Assembly: GCA_046498225.1 (NCBI GenBank) | Contig: JAWOBF010000059.1 | Span: forward strand, 60,617-124,616 | Length of the DNA stretch: 64,000 nt | Direction of reading: 5' to 3' | Source: Candidatus Aegiribacteria sp. | GTDB lineage: Bacteria; Fermentibacterota; Fermentibacteria; Fermentibacterales; JCC-6 | Shown here: positions 9,873 through 19,858 of the stretch, one piece after another | How the letters are laid out: every line of letters starts with the position of its first letter | How positions within the stretch are numbered: position 1 is the stretch's first letter | Made by a program: the position numbers and the translations under genes | Notes under the pieces: model-generated | Databases searched by the model: none | Seen by the model: only the letters and a program-made list of their open reading frames with translations | What the model was told of the DNA's origin: nothing

Positions 9873-12052
9873 GAAGGCTCATACTCAGGGCTGTGGACTG
9901 GACCTCATCCATCGAAGCTTCCGGAGCGCAGCTTGCCGGGCTGTTCGCGGCCACGGTGATACTGCGGAACCTGCTGGAATCCATTTCCGCGGGTCTTCTG
10001 TTCCCGGCCCCGGCCTTCGTCTTCCATTTCCCCATAGCCTACGTTTTCCCCATGCTGGGCCTTACCGCCCTTATGCACATGCTTTCAGGCTACCCGCTCC
10101 GCAGGCTGCTTCAGCTGATGGTCTTCGCCTGGACCCTTACCCTTCTTCCGCCCCTTCTGGATTTCCTTCTGGGCTCTTCCGCCGCCATAGGGTACTTCCC
10201 GCTGGACAGGAGCAACGCGTCCTTCTTCCTGCTCAACTTCTTCAATCCAGCCGTCGAACTCCAGGGAACCACCGCCGGCATCAGGATAGAGGCGGCCATA
10301 GGCTGCGTCCTGGCGGGTCTTTTCTCGTGGGCCGTGGCGGACGACAGAAGGATGGCCAGAGGAATCGGCACCACGGTCCTTTTCGCCCCCGTCTTCCTGA
10401 TGTTCTTCACCTGGCCCAGTCTCGTCTACGTTCTGACCATGGACCTGTTCCCCTACGCGGGGACCCTGCAGGAGTACTACCAGTGGCACGCGGCCACCGC
10501 TCCCCACCTTACCGGATCTCTTCACTACACGGTCTTCCTGGTGGACCTGATCCCGGTTACGCTTATCCTGGCATGGTTCCACAGCAGGCTCGACCCGGAG
10601 GGGTGGCGACGGACGTACCGTTCCGCCGGGCAGAATGTCTGGACCCTTGCGGCTCCCCTGGCGGGTACCGCATGGTTCCTCTCCTCCTCACGGGGAATAC
10701 TGACGTTCGCCGACGCGGTTTCCATGACGGGAGCCCTGCTGGCGGCGGTACTGATCCTCCTCTCCCGTCACGCCGGTACAGCTGCCAGGAACACCATGTG
10801 GGGAATATCCATACTGGCGGCCCTGGCGGTGGGATGGTCCACGGCTGCCCTGGCGATGCTCTGCATATCAGTGCTTATGCTGCCGGGCCCTCGAATCGTG
10901 TCCGCCTGCCTTTCAGGCGTGGCGGCATTTCTGGTGGCATCCAGCCCGGCGGGTCTGTCCTGGGGCGTTCTCTCCATTCCGGTCATGGCGCTGTGCGCCC
11001 TTGCCGCGGTGAGCCGTTCCCGGCCGGCCGCGGCGGCGGGAGTTCTGGCCGTGGCCGCCGCTCTGGTCCTGCGGCCGCCCCCCCCCACATCGTATACGCA
11101 GTATCACAGGTGGCTGAACCTGGACATAAGCAGGAACGGCAGGCTGGATTTCACTCTTCCGGCAGCCAGGGAAACCGCCGCTTCCGGCGGGGACATGCTC
11201 AGCCTGGCCAAGGCGGAATTCGAGGAGGGCAACCCCGACCGGGCCGACTGGTGCTACCGCATGGCGCTCAGCCGGGGAGCTGATTCCCCGGACGTGTACA
11301 GGCTGGGGCTGAAACTCGCGCTGTCACGGGGAATGGAGGACGAGTACGATGAACTGATGTCTCATGTCCTGTCAGACCCGGAGCTCATGGAAAAAATCGA
11401 TGTCGGCGGTGTCATGGTCAGCAGGGCGACCATGGACAGCGACACGCTGTTCATCCGAAGAATAATGGAACTTGGCGGTCCCTCCCCCCAGCTGTACCGC
11501 GCCTTCTCCACAGCCTGCGCCGGAAGCGGGGACCACGGGAGGGCGGAGCGGTACGCCAGGGCCGCCTTGTCCCATCCCCGGGCGGGGGCGGGGGAGTACG
11601 CCTGGGCCGTACACGTAGCCGCAAGCACGGGCGGTGATTACGATTCGCTCTTCCTGAGGGGAATGGAAAGGTTCCCCGGCTCGGTGGAGATAATGGAGGC
11701 CAGGCTGAAGGCCCCCCTGACGGCCGGCCGGCCTCCGGACAGGGAAGATCTTCTGCTGGAGTGTCTGGCCCTTGCCCCGGCGTCCCCGGGGATACTAAGG
11801 ACGGCGGCGCTCTGGTACGCGAGCGCCGGCAGGCCCGTAGAAGCGCTGGAGTACGCGGAACGGGCCATAGCGGCCGTGAACCATCCCGACCTCGCCCTGC
11901 TGCGCCTCGCGTGCCGTACTGCATACGCCGCCGGTGACAGTTCCCGGTCGGCCGCCCACGCCCTCTACGGCCTGAAACTTGAACCGGACAATGCATGGTT
12001 CCTGGAGTTCCTTGAAACGGTACAGGGACCTTCCGGGTCCTCCCCCCGATGA
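9869..12052 (+). CDS. Polytopic membrane protein with C-terminal TPR-like helical region
   Basis: About 400 aa of successive hydrophobic helices, then Ala-rich TPR-like repeats (e.g. GRPVEALEYAERAIAA). Confidence 0.65.
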   Translation: MRRLILRAVDWTSSIEASGAQLAGLFAATVILRNLLESISAGLLFPAPAFVFHFPIAYVFPMLGLTALMHMLSGYPLRRLLQLMVFAWTLTLLPPLLDFLLGSSAAIGYFPLDRSNASFFLLNFFNPAVELQGTTAGIRIEAAIGCVLAGLFSWAVADDRRMARGIGTTVLFAPVFLMFFTWPSLVYVLTMDLFPYAGTLQEYYQWHAATAPHLTGSLHYTVFLVDLIPVTLILAWFHSRLDPEGWRRTYRSAGQNVWTLAAPLAGTAWFLSSSRGILTFADAVSMTGALLAAVLILLSRHAGTAARNTMWGISILAALAVGWSTAALAMLCISVLMLPGPRIVSACLSGVAAFLVASSPAGLSWGVLSIPVMALCALAAVSRSRPAAAAGVLAVAAALVLRPPPPTSYTQYHRWLNLDISRNGRLDFTLPAARETAASGGDMLSLAKAEFEEGNPDRADWCYRMALSRGADSPDVYRLGLKLALSRGMEDEYDELMSHVLSDPELMEKIDVGGVMVSRATMDSDTLFIRRIMELGGPSPQLYRAFSTACAGSGDHGRAERYARAALSHPRAGAGEYAWAVHVAASTGGDYDSLFLRGMERFPGSVEIMEARLKAPLTAGRPPDREDLLLECLALAPASPGILRTAALWYASAGRPVEALEYAERAIAAVNHPDLALLRLACRTAYAAGDSSRSAAHALYGLKLEPDNAWFLEFLETVQGPSGSSPR

Positions 12053-12053
12053 A

Positions 12054-13541
12054 GTGAACCGCTCACACTTCGCGCTCTTCGCGCTTGCCTTGTCCGTCTT
12101 CATTGGCGGGCTGGCGCTCATTTCCGGTCCCGGGTCCTTCGATTTCATCGATGGGACCGAGTTCGTCATCTGCGGAAGGAGCCTTCAGCTGCCTCATCCG
12201 CCGGGATACCCCCTGTACATATTCTTCCTCAGGGTATTCGCCCTCGCGGCCCCCTGCGCCAGGCTGGACTACTCCTGCTTCCGTCTGTTCTCCGCCCTGA
12301 CCGCCGGGGCCGGGGCCGGGGCCGCCTGCTTCGCTCTCAGGAGCTTCCGTGTCAGCAGGGCCGGCGCCCTGGCCGGAAGCGTGCTGCTTTTCACGACGGG
12401 GCCGGTCCTGGCTCAGATCAACGTAGTCGAGGTGCATGGTTTCGCCATACTGCTGGCCCTCCTGGCCATCGGCCTGAGGAACACGCCCTCCGGCCCCTAT
12501 ATGTTCTCGATGTCGCTGTTCGCCGGCCACCCGGTCTCATTTTTCCTGTTTCCCTCCGTCCTGTCCGCCAGATTCAGGGAGAGATGGCTGCTGGCGGCCT
12601 TCATTCCCCTCTCCCTGTGGCTGTTCATACCTCTGAGATCCGCCTTTCCGGGCCTCTGCCACTATTCCGCTCCGGCCACCGCGTTTTCGGTATGGAGGTA
12701 CCTGACCCTCTACGGGTCGAGGCTCACCCTGCCCGCGGCCAGGGGGCTGGAAGCTCTGGTCAGGGATACCGGCGCCATTCCCCTGATGGTCATGGCCGGA
12801 CTGGCCCTCTATTCCCGAAGGTGGTCCTGGAAACTGTTCCTCAGCCTTGCGGGGTCTCTTCTCTTCGTCTCCTCATATTCCATTCCCGATACCGGCAGTA
12901 TCCTGTGGACGGTGATCATCCCGCTGGGGATCTGGGCCTCCCTGGGCCTGGCCAGGATGCTGGGCGGCGGCCGGTGGAGGAGAGCCGCGGCGGCGGCTCT
13001 CCTGGCGGTCTCCATATCCGCCGGGGTATCCCTGGCATGGCGGAGGGGCGATACCTCAGCGAAGGTGATCGCGGAGGACTACCTGCGGGGTGCCGCGCCT
13101 GGTTCCGCTTTCGTTACGGCGGGGATGAGCACTTTCCATACCGCGTACCTTCTCGAGGTGGATGACAGGAGACCCGACCTGCTCCCGCTGGACATCCATC
13201 GCTGTTTCTTCAGGGTCCCGCCGCCGGACCCTCTTCCGGCGAGGATCAATGGAAGGACGGTATTCGCCGTAAGGGGCTGGTATGAGCCCGAGCTGGAACT
13301 CAGCGGCCTGCTCTTCAGCCCCGGTCGTCGCCGGGTGGACTGGAACATCTTCGAGGCGTTCCGCTACAGCGGCGGGGTGCACGAGCCGTTCGCCCGGGAT
13401 GAGATGGCGGAACTGTGGGCCAGAAGGGGGATACAGACCGATGACGCGGATGAGAGGGAAGCCTGCCTGCGGAAGGCCATGGAGTGGGCAGCCGGTGAAA
13501 TGACCCGCAACAGGATAAGGACCATCTTTGAAATCTACTGA
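12054..13541 (+). CDS. DUF2723 (TMEM260/GT117-like) membrane glycosyltransferase
   Basis: DGTEF...LQLPHPPGYPLY signature after TM1, later VVEVHG motif, multiple TM helices. Probable GTG start at 12054. Confidence 0.75.
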   Translation: MNRSHFALFALALSVFIGGLALISGPGSFDFIDGTEFVICGRSLQLPHPPGYPLYIFFLRVFALAAPCARLDYSCFRLFSALTAGAGAGAACFALRSFRVSRAGALAGSVLLFTTGPVLAQINVVEVHGFAILLALLAIGLRNTPSGPYMFSMSLFAGHPVSFFLFPSVLSARFRERWLLAAFIPLSLWLFIPLRSAFPGLCHYSAPATAFSVWRYLTLYGSRLTLPAARGLEALVRDTGAIPLMVMAGLALYSRRWSWKLFLSLAGSLLFVSSYSIPDTGSILWTVIIPLGIWASLGLARMLGGGRWRRAAAAALLAVSISAGVSLAWRRGDTSAKVIAEDYLRGAAPGSAFVTAGMSTFHTAYLLEVDDRRPDLLPLDIHRCFFRVPPPDPLPARINGRTVFAVRGWYEPELELSGLLFSPGRRRVDWNIFEAFRYSGGVHEPFARDEMAELWARRGIQTDDADEREACLRKAMEWAAGEMTRNRIRTIFEIY

Positions 13542-15975
13542 CAGGGCCACCGCCACCGCCGGGGAAAAACTGATACTGGCCGTGTTCCTTGCGGTCTGCG
13601 CTCTCTACAGCCTGACTCCCGTTCACAACGGCAATTTCTTCTGGCACCTGAGGAACGGCGAGGATATCCTGGAAACCGGAACCATCAGGACCGCCGACCC
13701 CTTCACCTGGACCCGCTGCGGCGAGACCTGGCTGCAGCAGGAATGGGTGGCGGAAGTGATGTTCGCCGTCTCCTGGAAAACAGCGGGAGAGGCGGGTCCT
13801 GTAATATTCAAGGCGCTGGTCATCGTTATGGCGGCCTTTCTCGTCTCCATGGCCGCGGTCAGAAGGGGAGCCTCCATCCCGGCCGTTGTGGTCACCGGGC
13901 TCCTGTGGTTCGCCCTGAGCCATGGAAGATGGATAGTCAGACCCCACATCATATCGATACTGATGTTCAGCCTTTACCTCTACCTCATGGCCGGGGGCAC
14001 AGGCGGATTCCTCTCCACGCTGGCCGTATTCCTGCCGCTCCAGATCATCTGGACGAACGCTCACGCCGGTTTCATCATGGGATGGTTCCTGCTGGGCATC
14101 CCGCTTCTGGACAGCGTTCTCGCCCGCAGACCGCGGAGTGCGCTGGAACGGGGCGGAATCCTTGCGGCTGTCGTTCTCTCTGCGGGAGTGCATCCCAACG
14201 GATTCGGCTCGGTCACCTACATAACCGATTTTCTCTCCCGTCCCCTGTTCAGGGAAACCATCAGGGAATGGTGGAGCCCCTTCCACCCCATGTACCATCC
14301 GGGACAGGAGATATCCACCACCGCCGTACTGCTGGTGGTGCTCCTGGCTGCCACGTGGACCCTTGTGCTCGCTAGAAGGAGGAAGATAGGTGCTTCAAGG
14401 ATGCTGGCCCTCGCCGCTCTCTCGGCCGCGTCCCTCCTTTCCAGCCGCAACATCGACTTCCTTGCCCTGGCCGCCCTGGCATGGGTTTCTCCTCTTCTGG
14501 GAAGGGTCCGCCTCCGCATACCGGCCATCCTTCTGGCCGCCGCGGCGGCGGTGCCGTTCCTGACAGGCGTACCGAGGGAATTCGGTCCGCCCCGCCGGCC
14601 GGGAGTGGGGGTGGACTGGTCGATCTACCCGCGCCGCCTCACGGAATTCCTCAGGCAGAACCCGGAGCTTCTTCAGGCAAGGGTCTTCAACACCAACGAG
14701 ATATCCGGTTACCTTCAGTACGTGATGGGCGAAGACCTCCCGCTGTACATGGACGGCCGGTGCCATCTTTTCACGGAAAACCTCTACGCCGAGTACCTGC
14801 TGCTGACGTACGCAGGACCGGAGGACGCTCCCCGGGTGATGAACGTTCTGGACGGACGGGGCATCCAGCTGGCCCTCTACGACTGGCCGCGGACAGATGG
14901 GTCCTCTGCCTACATTCTCTCGGCCAGTCCCGACTGGGAACCGGTCTACTGGGACAGCATCACCGTGGTATACGGCAGAGCGAGCTGGCTGGAGGAGGCG
15001 GGGTTCAGGGGACAGGTCTTCACCGTGGTCGATCCCCTCTCTCCCCTGATGCTGCTGGAAACACCCTACTACCTGATGCCGTCCTCGCTGCGGGAGGAGC
15101 TTGTGACCGCGGCATCCTCTCCCATGAACTACCAGCCCGCCATACCCCCCGCGGCGGCACTCCTGCAGACCGCGGGAGAAACGCCCGACACCCTGCCCTT
15201 CGTCATTCGAAGCGACAGCATGAGGTCCGGCCTGGAAAACGCCCTGGGGGGAAGGGAACCCTGTATAGAGGACCCCAGGCTCAGGGTCATACAGTCCTGG
15301 GCCCTGGCCGGGGCCGGCGAATACACCGCTGCCATGGACGCGGCGGTCGGCTCCGGGGACGCGATGCTCCTCAGCTGCCTGGCTGTCCTGCATGAGGAGG
15401 GAACCTCCGCTGCGGGAGCGGCGGTAAACCGTGTGCCGCCCCTGATGGTTCCTCCTCCGGCCTGGGCGGGATACCTGTCCGGAGAGGTTTCACCGGGGGA
15501 TTCCTGCGTGATCGAGGCGTCGGCCCTGTTCGTGGCGGGCATGAGGGACAGGGCGCTCGATTCGGTTAGAACGATACTGGACCGGGAGATGGAGCTTCAG
15601 CCATGGGGATTGTCCGTATCCGGAGGGCTGGCCGCCCTGCACGGTCTGGATTCCCTGGCGGTGGCCCTGGGAGATTCGGCGGTGTCCATGAACACCAATC
15701 CATACACTCTGCTGATAATGGGGAAGATAGAGGGTATAACGGGGGACAGGCGGAGTGCCGTGGAAACTCTGAGCCGCAGCCTTTCAATCTCGCCGGTGTA
15801 CCACGAAGCGCGCATACAAAGGGCCGGGTACCTGTGGATGGAGGGCCGGCTGGAGGAAGCGATGGAAGACTACCGCTTGCTGGAAGAACTGAATTATCTT
15901 ACACCTGCCGCTGAATCCCTGCTCGAGTGGGGAGAATATCTGACGAGACCTTTACCGGCGGCCAGTAAAAAATAG
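13528..15975 (+). CDS. GT-C-like polytopic membrane protein with C-terminal TPR
   Basis: FFWHLRNGEDI...DPFTWT...W..QEW first-loop motif; RP, WTNAHAGF, HPNG, IREWWSP and YMDGR motifs; TPR-like C-terminus. Confidence 0.65.
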   Translation: MKSTDRATATAGEKLILAVFLAVCALYSLTPVHNGNFFWHLRNGEDILETGTIRTADPFTWTRCGETWLQQEWVAEVMFAVSWKTAGEAGPVIFKALVIVMAAFLVSMAAVRRGASIPAVVVTGLLWFALSHGRWIVRPHIISILMFSLYLYLMAGGTGGFLSTLAVFLPLQIIWTNAHAGFIMGWFLLGIPLLDSVLARRPRSALERGGILAAVVLSAGVHPNGFGSVTYITDFLSRPLFRETIREWWSPFHPMYHPGQEISTTAVLLVVLLAATWTLVLARRRKIGASRMLALAALSAASLLSSRNIDFLALAALAWVSPLLGRVRLRIPAILLAAAAAVPFLTGVPREFGPPRRPGVGVDWSIYPRRLTEFLRQNPELLQARVFNTNEISGYLQYVMGEDLPLYMDGRCHLFTENLYAEYLLLTYAGPEDAPRVMNVLDGRGIQLALYDWPRTDGSSAYILSASPDWEPVYWDSITVVYGRASWLEEAGFRGQVFTVVDPLSPLMLLETPYYLMPSSLREELVTAASSPMNYQPAIPPAAALLQTAGETPDTLPFVIRSDSMRSGLENALGGREPCIEDPRLRVIQSWALAGAGEYTAAMDAAVGSGDAMLLSCLAVLHEEGTSAAGAAVNRVPPLMVPPPAWAGYLSGEVSPGDSCVIEASALFVAGMRDRALDSVRTILDREMELQPWGLSVSGGLAALHGLDSLAVALGDSAVSMNTNPYTLLIMGKIEGITGDRRSAVETLSRSLSISPVYHEARIQRAGYLWMEGRLEEAMEDYRLLEELNYLTPAAESLLEWGEYLTRPLPAASKK

Positions 15976-16014
15976 ACGAACCTTCAGCTTTCACATCTAC
16001 GAGGGGATAACATA

Positions 16015-17550
16015 ATGTCCATAATGAATTCGGTGAATGACTTTCTCAACCTGCTCTCCCGCAAACTCAAGGGCGGGGGTGATACCGCCATCGAAAAGCA
16101 GAAAAAGAAGGGCAAGCACACAGCCAGGGAGAGGGTGGAGGACCTTCTTCTCGACCGGGACTCCTTCCTGGAGATAGACCTTTTCGTGGAGCATTCCGTG
16201 AAGGATTTCGGCATGGACAGGAAGGACCTGGCCGGTGATGGCGTCATAACCGGCTACGGAAAGGTGGACGAAAAACCTGTAGCCGTGTTCGCCCAGGATT
16301 TCACCGTGGCCGGAGGTTCCCTCGGCAGAGCCCATTCGAAGAAGATAGTCAAGGTGATGGACGGAGCCTTCAACGCGGGGATACCGCTGATCGGAATAAA
16401 CGACTCCGGCGGCGCCCGAATACAGGAGGGAGTGGAATCCCTCTGCGGCTACGGTGAGATATTCTACCGGAACACCAAGCTCAGCGGCAGGGTCCCCCAG
16501 GTATCGGTGATCCTCGGCCCCTGTGCGGGAGGAGCCGTCTATTCCCCCGCTCTCACAGATTTCGTTTTCGTGGTGGACCGCATCTCCAACATGTTCATCA
16601 CCGGTCCCCAGGTGATAAAGACGGTCCTCGGCGAGGAAGTAACCCAGGAGGAGCTGGGGGGAGCCATGACCCACGCTTCCATCACCGGCAACGCCCACTT
16701 CTACTCCAGGAGCGAAAGGGAAGCTTTCGACACCCTGAAGAAGCTTCTCTCCTTCCTGCCTCCCAATTCGGACGAGAAACCGCCGGTGTGGAAGCCTATC
16801 CCGCCGGACGATCCTCTGGGGGACGACGTGATCCCGGACAACCGGCGCCAGGCGTACTGCGTAAAGGAGATAATCAGGGGTATAGTGGACAGCTCCGATT
16901 TTCTCGAGGTGCATGAACATTACGCCAGGAACATGGTGGTTGGATTCGCCAGGCTCGCCGGAAGGTCCATCGGAATAGTGGCCAATCAGCCCAGGGTGCT
17001 GGCGGGAGTTCTTGACGTGAACGCCTCGGACAAGGCAGCGCGCTTCATCAGGTTCTGTGATTCGTTCAATATCCCCCTGCTCACCATGGTGGATACTCCC
17101 GGCTACCTTCCGGGGGTGGACCAGGAGCACTCCGGGGTCATCAGACACGGAGCGAAGGTCCTTTACGCGTACAGCGAGGCTACCGTGCCGAAGATGACGC
17201 TTATAATGAGGAAAGCTTACGGCGGAGCCTACATAGCGATGTGCAGCAGGCACCTCGGCGCCGATTTCGTCGCTTCCTGGCCCTGCGGCGAGATAGCGGT
17301 GATGGGCCCCGAGGGCGCGGCGAACATCATCTTCCGCAGAGAGATAGCGGCCGCCGAAGACCCCGAGGCCTGCAGGCGGGAGAAGGTAAGGGAGTACGAG
17401 GAGAAGTTCGCCAACCCCTATGTGGCGGCCAAGAAGGGCTACGTAGACACGATCATCAGGTCCAGCGAGACCAGGGACACCATCATCAAGGCGCTTTCCA
17501 TGGTGGATCAGTCCCGTACCGGCAGGTCTCACGGGAACATTCCTCTTTAG
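16015..17550 (+). CDS. Acyl-CoA carboxylase/decarboxylase carboxyltransferase subunit (PccB/MmdA-like)
   Basis: GKHTARERV, DGVITGYG, AQDFTVAGGSLG, DSGGARIQEG, GPCAGGAVYSPALTD, RKAYGGAY and HGNIPL motifs. Confidence 0.92.
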   Translation: MSIMNSVNDFLNLLSRKLKGGGDTAIEKQKKKGKHTARERVEDLLLDRDSFLEIDLFVEHSVKDFGMDRKDLAGDGVITGYGKVDEKPVAVFAQDFTVAGGSLGRAHSKKIVKVMDGAFNAGIPLIGINDSGGARIQEGVESLCGYGEIFYRNTKLSGRVPQVSVILGPCAGGAVYSPALTDFVFVVDRISNMFITGPQVIKTVLGEEVTQEELGGAMTHASITGNAHFYSRSEREAFDTLKKLLSFLPPNSDEKPPVWKPIPPDDPLGDDVIPDNRRQAYCVKEIIRGIVDSSDFLEVHEHYARNMVVGFARLAGRSIGIVANQPRVLAGVLDVNASDKAARFIRFCDSFNIPLLTMVDTPGYLPGVDQEHSGVIRHGAKVLYAYSEATVPKMTLIMRKAYGGAYIAMCSRHLGADFVASWPCGEIAVMGPEGAANIIFRREIAAAEDPEACRREKVREYEEKFANPYVAAKKGYVDTIIRSSETRDTIIKALSMVDQSRTGRSHGNIPL

Positions 17551-17559
17551 GGGGCATCA

Positions 17560-17874
17560 ATGACAGACGAACTTGACCGGCTCACGGTCGACGGTACGGA
17601 TTACACTACCGAGGTCCCGGAGAACAGCATCACTTCATATCAGGGCATTCCCGACCCCACGGAGATCAGGGCCTTCATACCCGGAACCATAGTGGACGTA
17701 AGGGTGAGCTCGGACGACATGGTCAGGCCGGGGAATGTTCTTCTCCTGCTTGACGCCATGAAGATGCACAACGAGATATGCTCCGGCATATCCGGCCGGG
17801 TGCGGGAGGTCCATGTGAAAACCGGCGATACCGTGGTCAAGGACCAGCTGCTGGTCTCGCTGAGAAAGGGTTAA
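17560..17874 (+). CDS. Biotin carboxyl carrier protein
   Basis: LDAMKMHNEI biotinylation motif; RAFIPGTI and VKTGDTV. Confidence 0.9.
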   Translation: MTDELDRLTVDGTDYTTEVPENSITSYQGIPDPTEIRAFIPGTIVDVRVSSDDMVRPGNVLLLLDAMKMHNEICSGISGRVREVHVKTGDTVVKDQLLVSLRKG

Positions 17875-17879
17875 AAAGA

Positions 17880-17904
17880 GGGGGAAAGCGAAAAGCCTTC
17901 CCCC
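17880..17904. terminator. Imperfect hairpin between convergent genes
   Basis: GGGGGAAAGC-GAAAA-GCCTTCCCCC. Confidence 0.45.
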
Positions 17905-17927
17905 ACTTCACACGCAGCTGTACGGTA

Positions 17928-19247
17928 TCAGCTTCCCGATTCCAGCTCTTCCGCCGTCTCCATAGCCTCTATGGCGTCGGTCCTTCTGCCCAGACGGCTG
18001 TAGGTGCTGGCAAGGTAGCGCCACCAGCTCGCCCTCTCCGGCTCGAACTGAAGGGCTGTCTCCAAGGCGGCGGCGGCCTCCTCGTCCATTTCCAGCCTGT
18101 TGTAGTTCGCGTAGAGGGAATAGTAGGCGTTGGCTATCTGCTCGGGGGTGAGCCCCTGAATGTCCAGAGCCGCCTGCAGCTCCGAGATAGCCTCATGGTA
18201 GTCCTCCATCACGAAATTGGCGTGGGCCATGGAGGCCAGGATGATGTAATCATCGCCGATGAGTTCCCTGGCCTGGCTCAGCTGGTCTATAGCCTGCCCG
18301 TACTCTTCCATCTCAATGAAGGCGTAACCCTTGGAGACCATGATGTTGGCCTTGAGGTTGCGTCCCTCTTCCGGCTCCAGCCACCCCTCCGACATCCCCA
18401 GCTCGATATTCTCGATGGTTTCGTCGTAGATGTCCAGTGCCGCCCGGTAGTTTTCCTCTACCATGAACACAGCGGCCAGGGCGTCCAGGACGTCGACGCT
18501 GGTGGGATCCACTTCCAGCGCCTCCTGGTAGGCCTCCCGTGCCTGCTGCACGTAAGCCGCCGTCTGGTCATCGTCCGCGTCCAGCGCCATCATGGTCAGG
18601 ACGCTTCCGGTGTTGAAGAGCGAGGAGATGAGGATGTCCTCCGCCTGCTGCAGTGACTGGGCATAGAATTCCAGCTCGTACTGGTCGCTGGTCTGGTCCA
18701 TCTGCTCCTGAAGGTCCGCCACCAGGTCACGAGCCTTCGCCGATGATGTGGTGAAATCATCCAGGGCCGCCTGAAGGTCGTCATTGACATTGAGTTCAAT
18801 GTCTCCCAGCATCAGCTGGAAATCCGGCCTCCGGGGAGCAACTTCCATCCCCGCCTCCAGCATCTCGACGGCGGCTCCTATGTCGCCTTCGTTCAGCGTG
18901 TTGGCAGCGCTGTTGAAGAAGGTGAACCAGTATTCGTTCACCGCCATTTCTTCGGTGGCGCCCATGCGGTGTGCTTTCAGGAACGATTCTGCCGCATCCG
19001 TCCACTGGTTCATCTCTGTGAGGGCCTTCCCCCTCCAGAACCAGACCTCGGGGTTCAGCGAGTCGCCATCGGCGATGATGCTGTCAGCCAGAAGGACGAC
19101 CTCCTGGTACTCCTGGTTCTGCATGTGCACCTTCATGCCGGTTACGGCGGGTGAACTGCAGCCCGCCAGCAGCGCCGCTGCAAGGGCCGCGGTCAGAACG
19201 AGTTTCAATCTAAGGTTTGTCTCAGGCAAAACGTATCCTCCATTCAT
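17928..19247 (-). CDS. TPR-repeat lipoprotein
   Basis: Lipobox LLAG-C and multiple TPR motifs (PEVWFWRGKALTEMNQWTDAAESFLKA). Confidence 0.8.
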   Translation of the reverse strand: MNGGYVLPETNLRLKLVLTAALAAALLAGCSSPAVTGMKVHMQNQEYQEVVLLADSIIADGDSLNPEVWFWRGKALTEMNQWTDAAESFLKAHRMGATEEMAVNEYWFTFFNSAANTLNEGDIGAAVEMLEAGMEVAPRRPDFQLMLGDIELNVNDDLQAALDDFTTSSAKARDLVADLQEQMDQTSDQYELEFYAQSLQQAEDILISSLFNTGSVLTMMALDADDDQTAAYVQQAREAYQEALEVDPTSVDVLDALAAVFMVEENYRAALDIYDETIENIELGMSEGWLEPEEGRNLKANIMVSKGYAFIEMEEYGQAIDQLSQARELIGDDYIILASMAHANFVMEDYHEAISELQAALDIQGLTPEQIANAYYSLYANYNRLEMDEEAAAALETALQFEPERASWWRYLASTYSRLGRRTDAIEAMETAEELESGS

Positions 19248-19351
19248 AGGGTGTATTCATTGGAAATAGCGGTGTAGATATCAAATCTGCCGCATTATGA
19301 GCTTGAAGTCAATATTGACATCATCCCCTCCCCGCTTCAGTTTACCGTCCG

Positions 19352-19858
19352 ATGGAGGTCCTGTATATGGTCAGCCTTTTGGAGTGCTTTCGACCGTTCC
19401 TGAGCATACTCGCCGTCTCGTGGAGCGCGGTGATGGTCCCCGAGGCGGACGTCTCCGGAGAGAGGGTGAGGGAGGCCGTCATCCTCATCGACTGCCAGAC
19501 TGTTGTGTTCCTGGAGAACGGCCGTGAAGTGAACCTAGCCCTGGTCTCCACCGGAAGGGCCGGTCACGATACTCCGGTGGGTGAGTTCGAGGTGCTGTAC
19601 AGGAGAAGGGCCCCGGTATCCAGCTCCTACAATATCAGGATGCCCTACTGGCTGTGCATAGAACCTTCCGGGCAGATAGGACTCCACCAGACGTTTCTCT
19701 CGGGAACCAACCTGCTGGGAACGAGGCAGTCCCACGGCTGCGTGAGAATGGGTGAGATAACCGCCCGATGGAGCTACGACTGGCTCGAAGTGGGCTCACG
19801 CGTGAGCATCAGGGCCTCGAGCCCCGGGAACGTCGTCAATTCCCGTCGGCTTCGCTAG
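19352..19858 (+). CDS. L,D-transpeptidase (YkuD domain)
   Basis: VSTGRAGHDTPVGEF, MPYW, IGLH and SHGCVRM catalytic motifs. Confidence 0.88.
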   Translation: MEVLYMVSLLECFRPFLSILAVSWSAVMVPEADVSGERVREAVILIDCQTVVFLENGREVNLALVSTGRAGHDTPVGEFEVLYRRRAPVSSSYNIRMPYWLCIEPSGQIGLHQTFLSGTNLLGTRQSHGCVRMGEITARWSYDWLEVGSRVSIRASSPGNVVNSRRLR

